From: Paraspadella gotoi
Taxonomy: Eukaryota > Animalia > Chaetognatha
Length of the DNA: 64,000 bases
Assembly: GCA_051294375.1 (NCBI GenBank)
Contig: CM119267.1
Coordinates: 20,771,476 to 20,835,475 of the forward strand
Direction of reading: 5' to 3'
The notes under the pieces were generated by a model, which did no database searches, was not told the DNA's origin, and saw only the letters and a list, made by a program, of their open reading frames with translations. How positions within the stretch are numbered: position 1 is the first letter of the stretch; every line of letters starts with the position of its first letter. The translations under genes were made by a program, and so were the position numbers. Below are positions 36,401 to 64,000 of the stretch, one piece after another.

Positions 36401-37969
36401 GGTATAATTGGAGAGATCGTTTACCTTTACTTGGTCTTTGTTCACGGGCTCAAGATCTCTCTCTGGATCATATATCTCACTCCGCTCGTTCTGTTACGAA
36501 TCTTCACCGTAGTCGAGTTAAAGAACCTCCTTTGCATTGTGATGGGTCAACGACCAATTCATCCACATTCGACCACATCTTTCGCCGGATCATACTTCGC
36601 CGTAACCTGGACAATTTTGATCATCACTTTCTTCTTCAATATCGAACACGACGCCGCCATTTCCGACCACTTTCCTTGGAATGGACCGAGTTGGGGTTTC
36701 GGGAAATTGAAATATGACGGGAGTGCGAAAATATTAATAAAGGGGCTTCGAGACGGGAAGATTTGTATTGAGACCAAAGGGGTGATTGACGAAGCTCGAT
36801 GGAACGACATTCATTCGGCGTCATGGGGGTCATGTCAGGAGGGTCAAGCAGCCTTTACCCAGAAGTCCTTCAAGTTGGGAAATTTCAATATTCTGGATCC
36901 AAATTTCAAAACAGTTTTGTCATTTTGTTTGTTCGATCTCGTTGTCGGAATTATATACACGTCGCTCATTTTTTTAGGGAGGAAAAAACTGAAAAAGTTG
37001 ATTCAGTTCTTTTTCGCCGCCTTTCCTCCTTTTGTCATTTTGAGTTTGAACATTTTCTCCACATTGGCTCACGAAGCCGTTCATAATAGAATCGGCCTCG
37101 AAGACCTATGCGATATTATTGACGCCAAAACTTTGACTTGTATTTCCTATGGCCAAAGCAAAAAAGTTTTTTTGCGATCGAAAGAAGCCCAGTATCAAAG
37201 CTTTCTTCTTTTAACCAATTTTCTAATGACGTCTTTTGTTTCACACAGTATATTTTTCTTCGTAGAGGCGCATCGATCGCTCAGAGATTATAGACACAAA
37301 AAGTACAGGAGGTCCTTTTTGGTTTTTGGACTTTCGGCTTTGAGTACCCCGTGTTTCGCGTTTCTGATGAGACAAACGGATGACGTTCGTCGTCATTTGA
37401 GTTCCGCCCTTTTCGTCCCTTGCGACGTTTGGTCTCAAAACTTTCCCGCCTATCCTCGTTACTTGGAGCGTCACTTATTTTCCTTCTTCATTTTTTATCA
37501 AAGTTTTTTCACCATTTTTTCTCTTTCTTTTCTCCCTCTTTTCGCTTTTGTTTTTTGCTCTCTCATCAAAATCACGAAAGTCAAAAACGTCCTCAAAAAT
37601 TTGGCGAAACTGTCTTTCCTAATTCTGATTCCTTTTTTTTACTTGATATTATTCAACATTCTAACGATCAAGTCGGAAATTAAGGAGCCACCTTACGAAG
37701 GAATGTTTAAAAAACTCATGGAAGAGCTCACGATCGTGTCGATAATACACGCTCGATTGTCTCCCGACCGGAAGGAAGATTCGCCCAAGTTTTCTTATTT
37801 TAATGAGATTATCAAATCAGTTAGAAGGAGCTGCTTTGGAAAGGATAAGGTGACTCGAGTCTTTGATGAATTTTTATCTCTTGTCGCTCTCGAACAAAAA
37901 AAAAGTTATAACGTTATTAACGTGACTGTATTCGTCGTAAGTACGATGTGTGTATTCTTTTTCAATTGA
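36401..37969 (+). CDS. Multipass membrane protein, exon 2 (further TM helices and class-B/Methuselah-like 7TM-like region)
   Basis: tgttctacag acceptor, phase 0, in frame with exon 1; 522 codons plus TGA; many hydrophobic helices; spliced product 773 aa. A consensus GTAAGT at 37937 could give an alternative C-terminus. The GPCR-like label is motif-level inference. Confidence 0.75.
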   Translation, partial: GIIGEIVYLYLVFVHGLKISLWIIYLTPLVLLRIFTVVELKNLLCIVMGQRPIHPHSTTSFAGSYFAVTWTILIITFFFNIEHDAAISDHFPWNGPSWGFGKLKYDGSAKILIKGLRDGKICIETKGVIDEARWNDIHSASWGSCQEGQAAFTQKSFKLGNFNILDPNFKTVLSFCLFDLVVGIIYTSLIFLGRKKLKKLIQFFFAAFPPFVILSLNIFSTLAHEAVHNRIGLEDLCDIIDAKTLTCISYGQSKKVFLRSKEAQYQSFLLLTNFLMTSFVSHSIFFFVEAHRSLRDYRHKKYRRSFLVFGLSALSTPCFAFLMRQTDDVRRHLSSALFVPCDVWSQNFPAYPRYLERHLFSFFIFYQSFFTIFSLSFLPLFAFVFCSLIKITKVKNVLKNLAKLSFLILIPFFYLILFNILTIKSEIKEPPYEGMFKKLMEELTIVSIIHARLSPDRKEDSPKFSYFNEIIKSVRRSCFGKDKVTRVFDEFLSLVALEQKKSYNVINVTVFVVSTMCVFFFN

Positions 37970-39869
37970 AATACAACTACATATTAGATTAATGATTTTG
38001 TAGAAAATCAAAACAAAAATATAGTACATTGTCGCTGTGCAAAATTTATTTCAAATTTATAAGCGAATTTTTTCAAAGATTAAAAATTCTTCATATACAG
38101 CGTCGCTATTTTTTATATTTAAAAATACAGAGTAGTTATCTAATTAAATATCGTTTAATTATTAACTGCCTCATTATCGAATTCTGTTGCGGTTCATTTT
38201 CCTTTTATTTTCTTTTTATTTCCCCTTAATTTTTCTTTCATTTTCTCTTCATTTTCAATTCATTTTTCTTTCACCTCCGATTTAAAACTCGAATTGAATA
38301 AACGATTGAATATCAAAGGATAATTTTCTTTGATCAACTCTATTCAAAATCAGGGGCGTCTCTCTCTCTCTCTCTCTCTCTCGTCTCATCTCTATCTAGT
38401 CTTACTCTATCTCTCTCTCTCTCTTTCTTTTTCTCTATCACTTGCACTTATAGCGACAAGTCTAATGGCATTCACGACAGATTAACTACATTTTTTATCG
38501 CAATTTGTTAATAAATACACGCAAGTAAATAAATTTCTTTTCTCAAAGATATTTTGTTTCCATCAAATCAAGACATCCTACGATTTTTTTTTTCGTCTTT
38601 AAACGATAAACCAAAAATAAAATTGAGTAATAAAAGTTCAATTTATTTTTATCGACGTTAAAAAGAAGAAAAAAAATGACAAAAGAATGGCAGATGACGA
38701 CAAATAAATCTGTAAATATTTTGTTCAATAAAACCTTTACTACGAACCGATGTGGAAAGCATTTAAATCATTCGTCATTACTTCTTGTTTTCAAAAACAT
38801 CTTCGCTAAAACTAACTTTCCCTTCATCCCTTCTTTCCTTGAAAAACCTTGTTCTCTCAATTTTGTCCCTCTTCCCTCCCCCCCCACCGCCACTTCCTCC
38901 TCCTCCTCCTCCTCCTCCGCCCCCAAAACTCCAATCGGCGTCACGTGAATGTCATAAACTCTAATTTTATTCTCAAGGTCCCGAAGAAAAATATCTCGGC
39001 AAAGACTTCGTCGCCTTCTCTCTCTTCCCCCGCTGACCGCCCCCAATCTACCCCGTCCTTCAAAACTCGCCTTCTTGTTTTCACTCCGATTCGTGATCGC
39101 TCCCTTTTCTCAATTCTCACTCGCTCTCTTTCTCTCTCTCTCTCTCGTCTCTGCTCTCTCTCTTCTCTCTCTTCCTCTGAGTTAATTTTCTTTAAAAAAA
39201 TGGTAAGAAGAGAAAATCTTTTTCAAGTTTTAAATTTTTTTTAATTTTTTTAAGAAAAAAAACTACGGATGATCAAATTTAAGGACTGATTTTATTTAAA
39301 CCTTCTTTTTAATGATTCTGTTAATTGATGAAATAAAACTCTTTTAAAGTAATATAAAATATAAAAAGAAGAGAAAGATTCCTGTAATTTTTTAATTGTT
39401 ATAATTTAGGAATTAAATAATAGTTTAATATACATTTAAAGGATCGAATATGAATATTAATTAATATTATTACTGTTTTGTTTCTGTAAGAATAGAATTT
39501 AAGGTTGAATTTATCTGCTTTTAAGTAAATATAAAAATAAAAAATATTAGTCTTATAAAGCTTTTGTTCAATAAGGCTTAAACCAAAAATTGTAGCTTTG
39601 TACAGTAAAAAATAAAAATTTGGAATTTAGTAAAAAATACTTTCTAATGCAAAAATAAAATAATGGATAATATTTAGGTAGGGTCAACTAAATTTTTTTT
39701 CATAATTATTAAATTTTTGTTTCCGCTACAATAAGAGATATGATTTTTTTTGCCACTTTCCCATGCAAAAAAAAATTAATGACTATCACCATTCAAATTC
39801 CTTTGATGATAGACCCTTAAGCTTATGATATCATTTTTATCACTGGGTCCCCTTAAGGGAGGAAGGGAG

Positions 39870-40015
39870 GAAAAGAAAGAAAAAGAAAAGAAAAGAAAAA
39901 GAAAAAGAAAAAGAAAAGAAAAAGAAAAAGAAAAAGAAAAAGAAAAAGAAAAAGAAGAAAAAGAAAAAGAAAAAGAAAAAGAAAAAGAAAAAGAAAAAGA
40001 AAAAGAAAAGAAAAG
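39870..40015. repeat. (AAAAAG)n hexanucleotide microsatellite
   Basis: Read directly. Confidence 0.9.
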
Positions 40016-40704
40016 GTGAAGGACGGAAAAATGTGCGAAAATCCCCGGGCGTTAATTGAAATATTTAAACGAGCTAATTTAAAATATTCTCTCGAAAAAG
40101 TCCGACGGTTTTTCCTTGGCGCTTTCGTCGTCGTCGTCGTCGTCGTCATCATCGTAGTCGCCATAAACATTGTCATACTAAGCTGTAGTGGTAGTTATAT
40201 TTTTTTATATCGTAATCGCAGAATTACTATACTAGTTAGTTAAATCGAAATAAAGTGCGGGAGAAAAAATGAGAGAAAAATTTAATTTTAATAAAAAAGA
40301 AATTAAAGGATTTCGTTTGATTTCACAATTTTCTTTTCATTTTTATCCTTCTCCTCATTCTCATCATTTTCTTTTTATCCATATTCTCCTAATTATTCTC
40401 ATTCTTCTCATTCTCCTAATTCTCCTCATTGACTCATTAATCCGCATTCTCCTTATTATTCTCATTCTCCTTTTACTTCATTTTCTTTGCTCTCATTAAA
40501 TATTCTTTTTCATTATCATTCAAGATCATTCTCCTTATTATCCTCATTCTCCTCATTCTCCTCATTCTTCCTCTTTGTTCTCCACTTTTATTATCTCCGT
40601 GACTCCACGAGCGTCATTAGTCATTCGACCCCGTTACGGATCCGAGGAGAGGGGAAAGCTCTCTCTCTCTCTCTCTCTCTCTCATCTCTCTCATCTCTTC
40701 TCTC

Positions 40705-40736
<32 letters not shown>

Positions 40737-40869
40737 GCTTCGTACCTACGCCGCATCTTTGCCATCTGTCAAGTAATGACCTAACTCCAGACAAGTTGCC
40801 AAACCCGAGGTCTGCAGGCAGCCTTTTCTCTCGGCGATTCCATTCTCTCTCTCCTCTCTTCTCTCCTTC

Positions 40870-40927
<58 letters not shown>

Positions 40928-40942
40928 TCTGCTCTCTCTCTC

Positions 40943-49220
<8,278 letters not shown>

Positions 49221-49250
49221 ATCCAGAAGGAGGAGGAGGAAGAGAGAGAT
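49221..49250. other. PacBio SMRTbell hairpin adapter remnant at the palindrome centre
   Basis: atccagaaggaggaggaggaagagagagat versus adapter ATCTCTCTCAACAACAACAACGGAGGAGGAGGAAAAGAGAGAGAT: the last 24 nt match except for a 2-nt deletion in the A-run; flanks are mutual reverse complements. Confidence 0.85.
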
Positions 49251-49453
49251 ATTCGCGCGAGTCTCTGATTGCTATTCACATCAACATGAAAATCATCACA
49301 CCCTTACCTCCGCTTTCCCTTCTGAATCTCAGCATCGCGGACCGCTTCAATACCCTACCTTCTGAGTGAGAGAGAGAGAGCGAGTGAGGAAAAGAAACTC
49401 ACCGATAAATCGACCTACGTTTCGTGAATCTCACTCCTCTCTTCTGGGCTGGG

Positions 49454-49504
<51 letters not shown>

Positions 49505-50147
49505 ATACGAGAGAGAGAAGAGAGAGGAGCGAAGAAGAAAATGCACTCTCATCTCTCTTATTCGATTTTCCTTTCACAATTTCAAGAAACCTTAATTAAT
49601 TTAAAATTCTCGGTGAGTTTTCTCATGTAAAAATCTTTTTTCGCAACGATTTCCATGATTATAAAAATCTTATTTTAATTTTCTTTTTCCTCTTTTTTCT
49701 TCTTTCTCTCTTCTTCTTTTTCTATTTTTTTTAGTCCATTTTCGATCGGTCTGTATGTCCGGTGGTCAGTCGTCTGTTGGTCGTTCGGTATTCTGTCGCG
49801 TCGGTCTGTCCCATACCTAATTTGCCTATAGTTAAATTGTCTCTTTTGTTAAAAAAAAAGAGCTCAAATTTCTAAGGGACTGCAAGCGCCGCCTTCAGGA
49901 AATCCAAAACTAAAAGGAATAAAAGACGGAATTTAAAATGCAGTGGCATCGTCATAAATACACGGGCTAGAAAGTTTTTTTTGTATTCATGTACTCATGT
50001 TTATGTCACGTCTTTCTCATGTCATGTATGTTAAGAGAAATAGACGTGATTGATTGCCGTTCTTCTTTTCTTTTTCATTCTTTCTTTCCTCCCATCTCAA
50101 CCACTCTTTCCCTGCCAAAAATAGCTTTTTGCGTAATTACCTCTCTT

Positions 50148-50197
<50 letters not shown>

Positions 50198-51735
50198 TCT
50201 TCCAAATAACCCGCGTGCTTACGTCCTCAATCTCATCCCTCGCCACAGTATTTTTTAACTCGTTAAAACTTTTCACTGCACAGTAATTTTTTTGCCCGAC
50301 GGTTTTTCCCGGGATCCTCGCTTACCTTTTTCTGTAAACCGTCTTCAACCGCATTTTTTCCGGCGGCACTTATCTTAAATCTTCGGAGATGGAAAACATC
50401 TCGAGAAAGCCGCTCTCCTCTCTCTCTCTCTCTTCATCTCACGTCTCTCTCTCTCTCTCTCTCTCTTCTCTCCTCTCTCTCTCTCTCTCTTCTCTCTTCT
50501 CTCTATCTAGCCGTTTTTGCGTCACTTCCCACCTGAACGTGGATGAAAAGGGAGGCAAAACGAAGAAGAGAGAGAGATAAAAGGGGAGAGGGGTAGAGAC
50601 AGCAGGAGACAGAGTCAAAGGGGATTCTCGAAGGTAAGGCAGAGTCGCACCCGAAAGCCCGGAGGCAAAGATGGGTTGAAGGGTCAGGCTAGAATATCTA
50701 AGTTAATGGAGCGGAGCAGGCGCTTTTTCCTTACCCGTTCTTGTTATCTTTTCTATTTACCCCCACTTTTGTTCTGTTTGTTTCAATTCGGAGCGGAAAG
50801 AGAAAAAAAAAGTTTTGGGTGAAAAGTAAGAAATTGTTTTTCTTTTTCGTCCATTTCCCTATTTATTTATTTATTTATTTTTTTTGCCAATAAACAAACT
50901 TTTCTCTCGTTTATTTCGTTTTTAAAGTGGACTTTTTTTTACAGTTTGTAGCAAGTTTTATCGTGAAAGCATTCAAACTTTAAGTTTCGTTAGGTTTCTA
51001 GAAACGACTCATTAATTAATTTTTGTTAACGTAGTTCGTGCCTATTAGTTCAACATAAACGAGGTGGAAGGTAAATAAGTACGACAACAACGAGGTTTAG
51101 TTTTTCCCATATAATAGTAAAACAAGTTCGATATTAATACAATATCGCAAAAGCCTAAGACAATTTTTTTCAATCTTTTTTTTCCTTTTTAACAATTATA
51201 AACAACCAAATTATAAAATTTATCTATTCATTCTCTTTGAAAGTTTTTTTATCTTCACGCCCGTAAATTCTACGTTGAAGCGTCGCCCGTCATATAATTC
51301 AACCGTGAGAATTAGCGACAATATCTTTGGTACACATACCCATCTAACAGCTATTCTGTCCTGAACCTTGGAAACACGTCAAGTTAGCATAATTTAATAT
51401 TCTTACAGAAAGTAAACAACAAAATTTCCTTTCGATCCTTTGTGTAATTATGATATATCAAACTAATAATTTATGAATAATTAAAAATTAAGTTCAAAGT
51501 CAGCACGGTCAACTTCAAGAAAGTAAAGAAAGCGTTTCCTCTAACTTTAAATAAACCAACTAAAATACGTGTGAAATTCTCGAAACGTCAATATGCAAGT
51601 AAATTTTAGTGCAAGCGAACGCGAAACGAGAAACAAATCGCGAGAGAAAACAACAAAAGTCGAGAGAGAAAACAAAACCGGCTCGTCCCTCGGAAGTCGA
51701 CAAGGTCGAGAGCGAGAGAGAGAGAGAGAGAGAAG

Positions 51736-51786
<51 letters not shown>

Positions 51787-52697
51787 ACCCACCCATAATG
51801 CAGCGTTAGTTCCACCCCATAAATTCGGCGCTCAAGCTGACCCCGAGCGGGGGAAAACTTTTCCTGCGTACGAACGCGGAAAAGGAAAAAAGAAAGAAAA
51901 AGGAAAAAAGAAAGTAAAAAAGAGTTTTTTTTTTGGTGATGGAACCGGATATAGAACAGCGAAGCCGAAAGGGTGAGGCGACTTAGCCTCAGCGAAAAAT
52001 GCTTTGGATAGAGGGAAATTTATTAACTAAGAAATTTAGATTGAAGACCGGGTGACAAGTACAAGCATTTATTTTTAAATTTCTAATCGTATTGTAAATA
52101 CTCGAACTTGAATTTCAATTACGGCTTTCTTTCCCAAAAAACACCCTGAATTTTCATTTTAACCTTAACAATTTAATCAACATGTTGACAAACCAATAAC
52201 CCAAATTTTCTAACACTAATTTCCTGACCCGAAATTAATTTCGAAAATTTGAGGATTGGTCAATGAATTTTAATTGATAAGAGGTGCATAAAATAAATCA
52301 TAATCGACTTATTTTAATATTGTTTTACCTTTCCTTTTCCTTTTTCTGCTTCAAGCTTCTCACTCGGACGCTTTACTTTAAACAGGTAACGTTTCACTTT
52401 TCTTTCGCTAACAAACAGCATAACAATAAAGGTGAAGTAAACAAAAGAATGTTTTTTAGGAAGAAGTTGATTAAAATCTTTCGTCAGAAACTCAGAAATT
52501 ATCTCGTCCATTTAAAAGATCAATTCAATCGGCCTTTCTTTATTTAAATCTCGGCTATTCTTTATTTTAATCCAAAATCACACCTTTCACGGTCGTCGAA
52601 CGGATTCCTCACAAAAGCCGCTTCATTTTCTCGAAAGTGACCAAATCGTTGATTATTTCGAGTTTACTCATCGGGCGCTTCTGCTCTATCTCTCTCT

Positions 52698-52764
<67 letters not shown>

Positions 52765-53387
52765 AACATTTTTCAACCAATCGACGATCACGACGAATTT
52801 GCGTCGTTATTGACGGTAAGACTTTCAAGTCGCCGATGGTGAAACGGTTGCGTCCCCTGATTGTGAAATCACAGTTGCCTCCGGCAGCTGTCGCGACTCA
52901 TTTTCTTCTTGATCTGATTTTCCTTCTTACCTCGCAAAGATTCTTGCCTCTCGGTTGACGTCCGTTGTCATCGTTAACGTTGTCGTCATCGCGTCGTCGT
53001 CGTCCGTCCACTTGTCGTCCATCATCGTTATTGTCGTCGTCTTCATTGTCGCCGGTCGTCGTCCTCGTCGTCTTCCAATTGTCGTCTCGTCATTGTCATC
53101 ATCGTTCGTTGTCCGTTATCAATCGTCCATGATTGTCAATCGTCCGCCTCCTCTCCTCCTCCTCCTCCCTCCTCCTCCACGTTATCGCTTCGTTTCTTTT
53201 CTTTCTCGAATCCTTTTTCGCCCCGAAGTCTTTTCCTTCTCTCAAACGATTCTCCCTTCTCTTTCTCACTTCTCTCTCTCACTTTTCTTTTTTCTTTTTC
53301 TTCTTTCTTTCTTCTGCATTTGCATCTTTTTTTTTACTTCACGGCTTTACGGAACCTCCTCTTTCTTTTTTTTTCTTCTTTCTTTCT

Positions 53388-53447
<60 letters not shown>

Positions 53448-53754
53448 TATTTCTCTTTTTCTCTCTCTCTCTCTGCCTCTTATCTTTTTTAACTATCACC
53501 GACGATATTCCATCACAAACAACATTATAATAAACTTTATCCCGCTTCACTCAAATCTCCTACTCAACTTCGTATCTCCGCATATTTCCTCTCAATCGAT
53601 GCCTAATAGATATCTCTCGCTCGTCCCGCGCCTCCTTCAGTCCCCTCCCCCTCCCCACTCGGCATCCGCTTTCTGCCCTATTTAACACGCTCCTTACACC
53701 TGCCACTCTTGGCGCAAAATCTTTTTTCAAAGTTCTCACTTCTTTCTTCGATGT

Positions 53755-53785
<31 letters not shown>

Positions 53786-54415
53786 CATTTCACTTTCGTC
53801 CGATGATGGCCGTCCGTCCTTTCGTAAGAACCTTTAGTTTTCTTTATGATTCTTATCCAACTTTTCTTCTTTCTTTTCCTTCTCTTTCTTTCTCTCTTTG
53901 TTTTTTCTTCTTCTTCTTTCCTTTCGTCTTCTTTCCTTCCTTCATTAGGTCGTTTGACTTTTTTTTTCAACTTTTCCTTTCTTTTGATCTTTCTTTAAGT
54001 TCATGTTTTTCTTTCTTTCTTTTCTTTTCTTCTTTCTTTTTTCTTTCTTTCTTTTCTTTCTTCTTTCTAATCTCTGTTTTTCTCTTTTTTCTCCTTTCCT
54101 TCGTTATTCTTTCTTTCCATTCTTTCTCTCTTTCTTCATTTCTCTGCCCTTTTCTATTTGTTTTTTTCATTCCTTTTTAACTCAATTTTCCTTTCTTTTT
54201 CCTCCCTTTCCTCCCTTTTTTCTTTCCTTTTTCTTTTCCTTCTACTTTCAGATTTTCCCTTCACCAATTTTTTTTTTAGTTTAACTCGTTGATCATTTTT
54301 TTTCCTTTCCAAAAGATTTTTATAGAAAACAATAAAAATAAAAAAAGAATTACCCAGCTCTTCGTCTTAATCGTTTCCACTCCCGACGCTGTCGTTCTCT
54401 CGTCTTCTCATCTCT

Positions 54416-54454
<39 letters not shown>

Positions 54455-56308
54455 TCTCCCTCTCTCTCCCCCCCTCTCTCTCGCCCTCTCCCTCTCACGC
54501 CAGTCACGTGGCTCGATCTCAAGGTTATGCATTGGTTTTTCTCTTGTCAATCCTCACTTAAAGAAAAGCACTTGATTTAATGAAGACTGAGAGTTTTGTT
54601 CATAAGAGCGGAGACCGAGACGACGAGAATTAACGTCGACGACGACGACACGAAATCACAAACGAATGACGAACGACGAAAGACGACAAAGACGACCAAA
54701 TTCAAAACGACGACGACGACTATCCGACGATGACGACGACTATCACGCGACAACGAAGCACGAAATTAACAACGACCTACGTCGACGACGACGACGACGA
54801 CGACCGACATTTTCCGGCGCAGTATTAGCGCGATAATGAGATGCACGTCTTATCATCCTTCCCTCTCCCTCTTTCAGGTTCCCTGATTATCCTCTCTTTA
54901 TTTCTCTTCCCTAAAAATGTTTGCTACTTAACTTATTACTTTACCTTTACGTTTACGCGCTCACAAAGTCTTGCGCCACGCTTCAAACCTTCCCCGCTCC
55001 ACTGAGCCACAGCCCCTACAATTCTCATTCTCTCAGCCCTCTCGAGGACTTTTTACACACCATCCTTCCTGACGCGCCGATCCATTCACACACTTTATTT
55101 TTTCCCCTTAACCTTTTGTCCCCCCACCTCCTTACCCCATGACGCTGCCGGTTCCGGTCCTCGTGCAAGCAGCGTCGCTATTTGGCGGCACCGGAAGTGG
55201 ACCATTATAAATGAGTTCGAAGGGAATTAGAAAATCATTCGCGTCAGGGTCGCGTCGACGGCGGCGCGGAGGCGGTGGATGCAACGGCGGAGGCAAGCGG
55301 CGCCGGGGGAGGTAGAGGCAAGCAGCGGCGGCAGCGGCTGTCGGCGGCGGCTTAGGACTGACAACGATTCAGAAGTCGTCGTCGTAACTCATAGTCGTCG
55401 AGTACATTAATCAATTATAATTGTAAATTTATTCTTTTTTAATCCCTATTTTAGTGTTTCGCGGAATTTTTTTTTTTTTACTTGATATCCTATTGTGAAC
55501 TCTTCTTTTCTCAGATCTTTCATAATTAAAATTTGATATTATTACATTACATTACGAATCTACACCAAAGTCTTTTCCCGTTTATAAAAGTGAATCGTTT
55601 CTTACTGCAATAACCCAAAGTGCAACTACGCATTGCATAAGTTGCGCCCGTCGGATACCTTTTTTGGATTTTGCGTGGGTGATGTTTGTTGTTGTAGCCG
55701 TCGTTGTCGTCGTCTCCGCTTATCGGTTTTTATTCTTCTCCTTATCTAAGGAGGGAAGCACTTGTCCCAATTTTCTGTTTTTGCCATCGTCGCTGTCGTC
55801 GTCGTCATACATCAATGCCTGTTGCTCGGAAGGGGTCACCATATTTTATTGATACTCATCGTCATCGTCATCATCATCATCACGTCATCTCTGATTAAAC
55901 TCATAACATTACATAAAATTTCATTGTCGATAATATTCGTCCGGTAAATGTTAAATGTAAATTTAAATGCACATAATATTTTAAGAGTGATGCTTTTAGG
56001 GAATGCCCTGAAGTACAATGTCAATTCAATAATGTATTATCATAAAAAAAAAACCACAAAAATGAATCATAAAATTTATACAAACGAATTCCCTGTTTTC
56101 AGTGTCACGTTCTATTAAACCGATCAACCAAATTTTATCTCAATCCGACGGCACCCAACTTTCTTCGTCTTGTTGAATCAACCGCATCACCCTGCATCTC
56201 CTAGCATCTCCCAGCGTCCGACCGGCATCTCCCCTCTCGACCTCCTCCGCGCCGCACGTCGCCGCAGACGAGTTTTTTTCATTCATCATCGCTTTTCTTT
56301 CATTATGT

Positions 56309-56345
<37 letters not shown>

Positions 56346-56478
56346 CCTCTCTCTCTCTTCTCGTCTCTCTTTCTCCTCTCTCTCTCTCTTCTCTCTCCCT
56401 CTCCTCTCTCTCCTCCTCCTTCTCATCTCTCTCTCTCTCCTCTCTCGTTTCTCTCTCTCTCTCACTCTCTCTCTCTCG

Positions 56479-56517
<39 letters not shown>

Positions 56518-57534
56518 ATTGTCTCAGGTTTATAATCTTCCTAATTTTTTTTCCATTCATTTTGAAATACTTTTCTTTCTTTTTTTTCCTCTTTCTTTTC
56601 TAAAGACTAGTTTTTAATTCAGATAAAATTTTAACGTATGTCGTTCAGCTTAATCAATTAAGTCAGATTAAGTCGTTACTTATTTTACTTTAAAGAAAAA
56701 CTTTTTACAGAACTCTCTTTCTCTCTCTCTCTCTCTTCTCTCTCCTCTCTCTCTCTCTCTTCTCTCTCTCCTCTCTCCTTCTCTATCTTCCTCCCCCCTT
56801 CACATGCAAGACCAGTTTCTACAATCGCAATCTCACTCAGTCGCATTTTCGCAACTCGTCCTACATTTTCGCGTCAACCATTCCCTTCTCATTAACGTCC
56901 TCTTTGCAAAGGATTGGAAGAAAGCTTCTCTCTCCCCTCTCTTCTCTCTATCTCTCTCTCTCTCTGCTCTCTCTCTCTCTCTCTCTCTCTCTCATCTCTC
57001 CTCTCTCTCTCTTTCCTTCTCTCTCTCTCTCTTATCTCTCGCTACGCTTATCTGCTCTTGTTCACGTTTATTAATTTCCTGTCCCACTGGCCTTCCCTTT
57101 TTCCTCTATCGGGTCACAGTCGGTGATTCCTGGTGATAATCACAGAGCGTAACATGTAGATTGTCAAGTCAACTATCTTGAAAAGAAAACATTAGTTTCG
57201 ATTTTAATACATCGTTCCAATGTTAACCAGTCCATTCGCCTGTCTTACGCGTTTTGTAAAATAAAATTTTTTAACAAGTCTATTTAAAAATAAAATGAAA
57301 ACCCGCAGATTCAGAAAATGGAATTAGTCAATGATCCATCTACAATTACATTACAACCAAAACTATGCCTTTCTGCTTGCATGCTTGGTCAAATAATAAC
57401 AAGCCCTAATCTCTCTCTCTCTTTCTCTAACACACAGCCTTTGGGTTTCCAACGCTGTCCCCTTTATAAGACATGAATCTGAAGGGAACCAGATTCTCAC
57501 AGAGATTCACCTGGCCATAAGCGAAGAGAGAGAG

Positions 57535-57565
<31 letters not shown>

Positions 57566-57568
57566 AGA
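49251..57568 (-). repeat. Inverted copy of A (reverse arm of fold-back 2)
   Basis: Reverse complement of 40943-49220 wherever checked, e.g. 57485-57523 versus 40943-40980 and 55250-55380 versus 43095-43225; rich in small indels. Confidence 0.95.
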
Positions 57569-57593
57569 NNNNNNNNNNNNNNNNNNNNNNNNN
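57569..57593. other. Assembly gap of exactly 25 N at the second inversion point
   Basis: Counted directly. Confidence 0.95.

Positions 57594-64000
<6,407 letters not shown>

Noticed and set aside
40747-40812. 66-nt minus-strand exon candidate (DLGFGNLSGVRSLLDRWQRCGV)
   Set aside because: Purine-rich acceptor, no recognisable homology and no partner exon; compatible with chance.

Overview
AT-rich, microsatellite-dense DNA from an invertebrate-like animal genome with spliceosomal introns (species not determinable), in a gapped draft assembly with 12 N-runs. Supported genes: (1) a complete 4-exon fukutin/LicD-family gene on the minus strand (6725 to 4529, 421 aa), including a 73-nt exon missing from the ORF track; (2) a disabled tandem C2H2 zinc-finger array (8158-9186, minus); (3) a 2-exon, 773-aa multipass membrane protein (35096-37969, plus). 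Its N-terminal half has XK/XKR scramblase motifs and its C-terminal half resembles a divergent class-B (Methuselah-like/adhesion) 7TM receptor; this possible fusion is the most interesting biological candidate here. About 40 percent of the window lies in two large fold-back structures (about 21.0-29.1 kb and 40.9-57.6 kb), and a third copy of the larger unit starts at 57594. The larger fold-back has a PacBio SMRTbell adapter remnant at its centre, and both lie next to gaps of exactly 25 N, so they are most likely long-read gap-filling artefacts. Also present: Helentron/HINE-like and tRNA-SINE-like repeats, minisatellites, and an RFX X-box with CCAAT boxes. All family calls come from motif recognition by eye; no database search was run.
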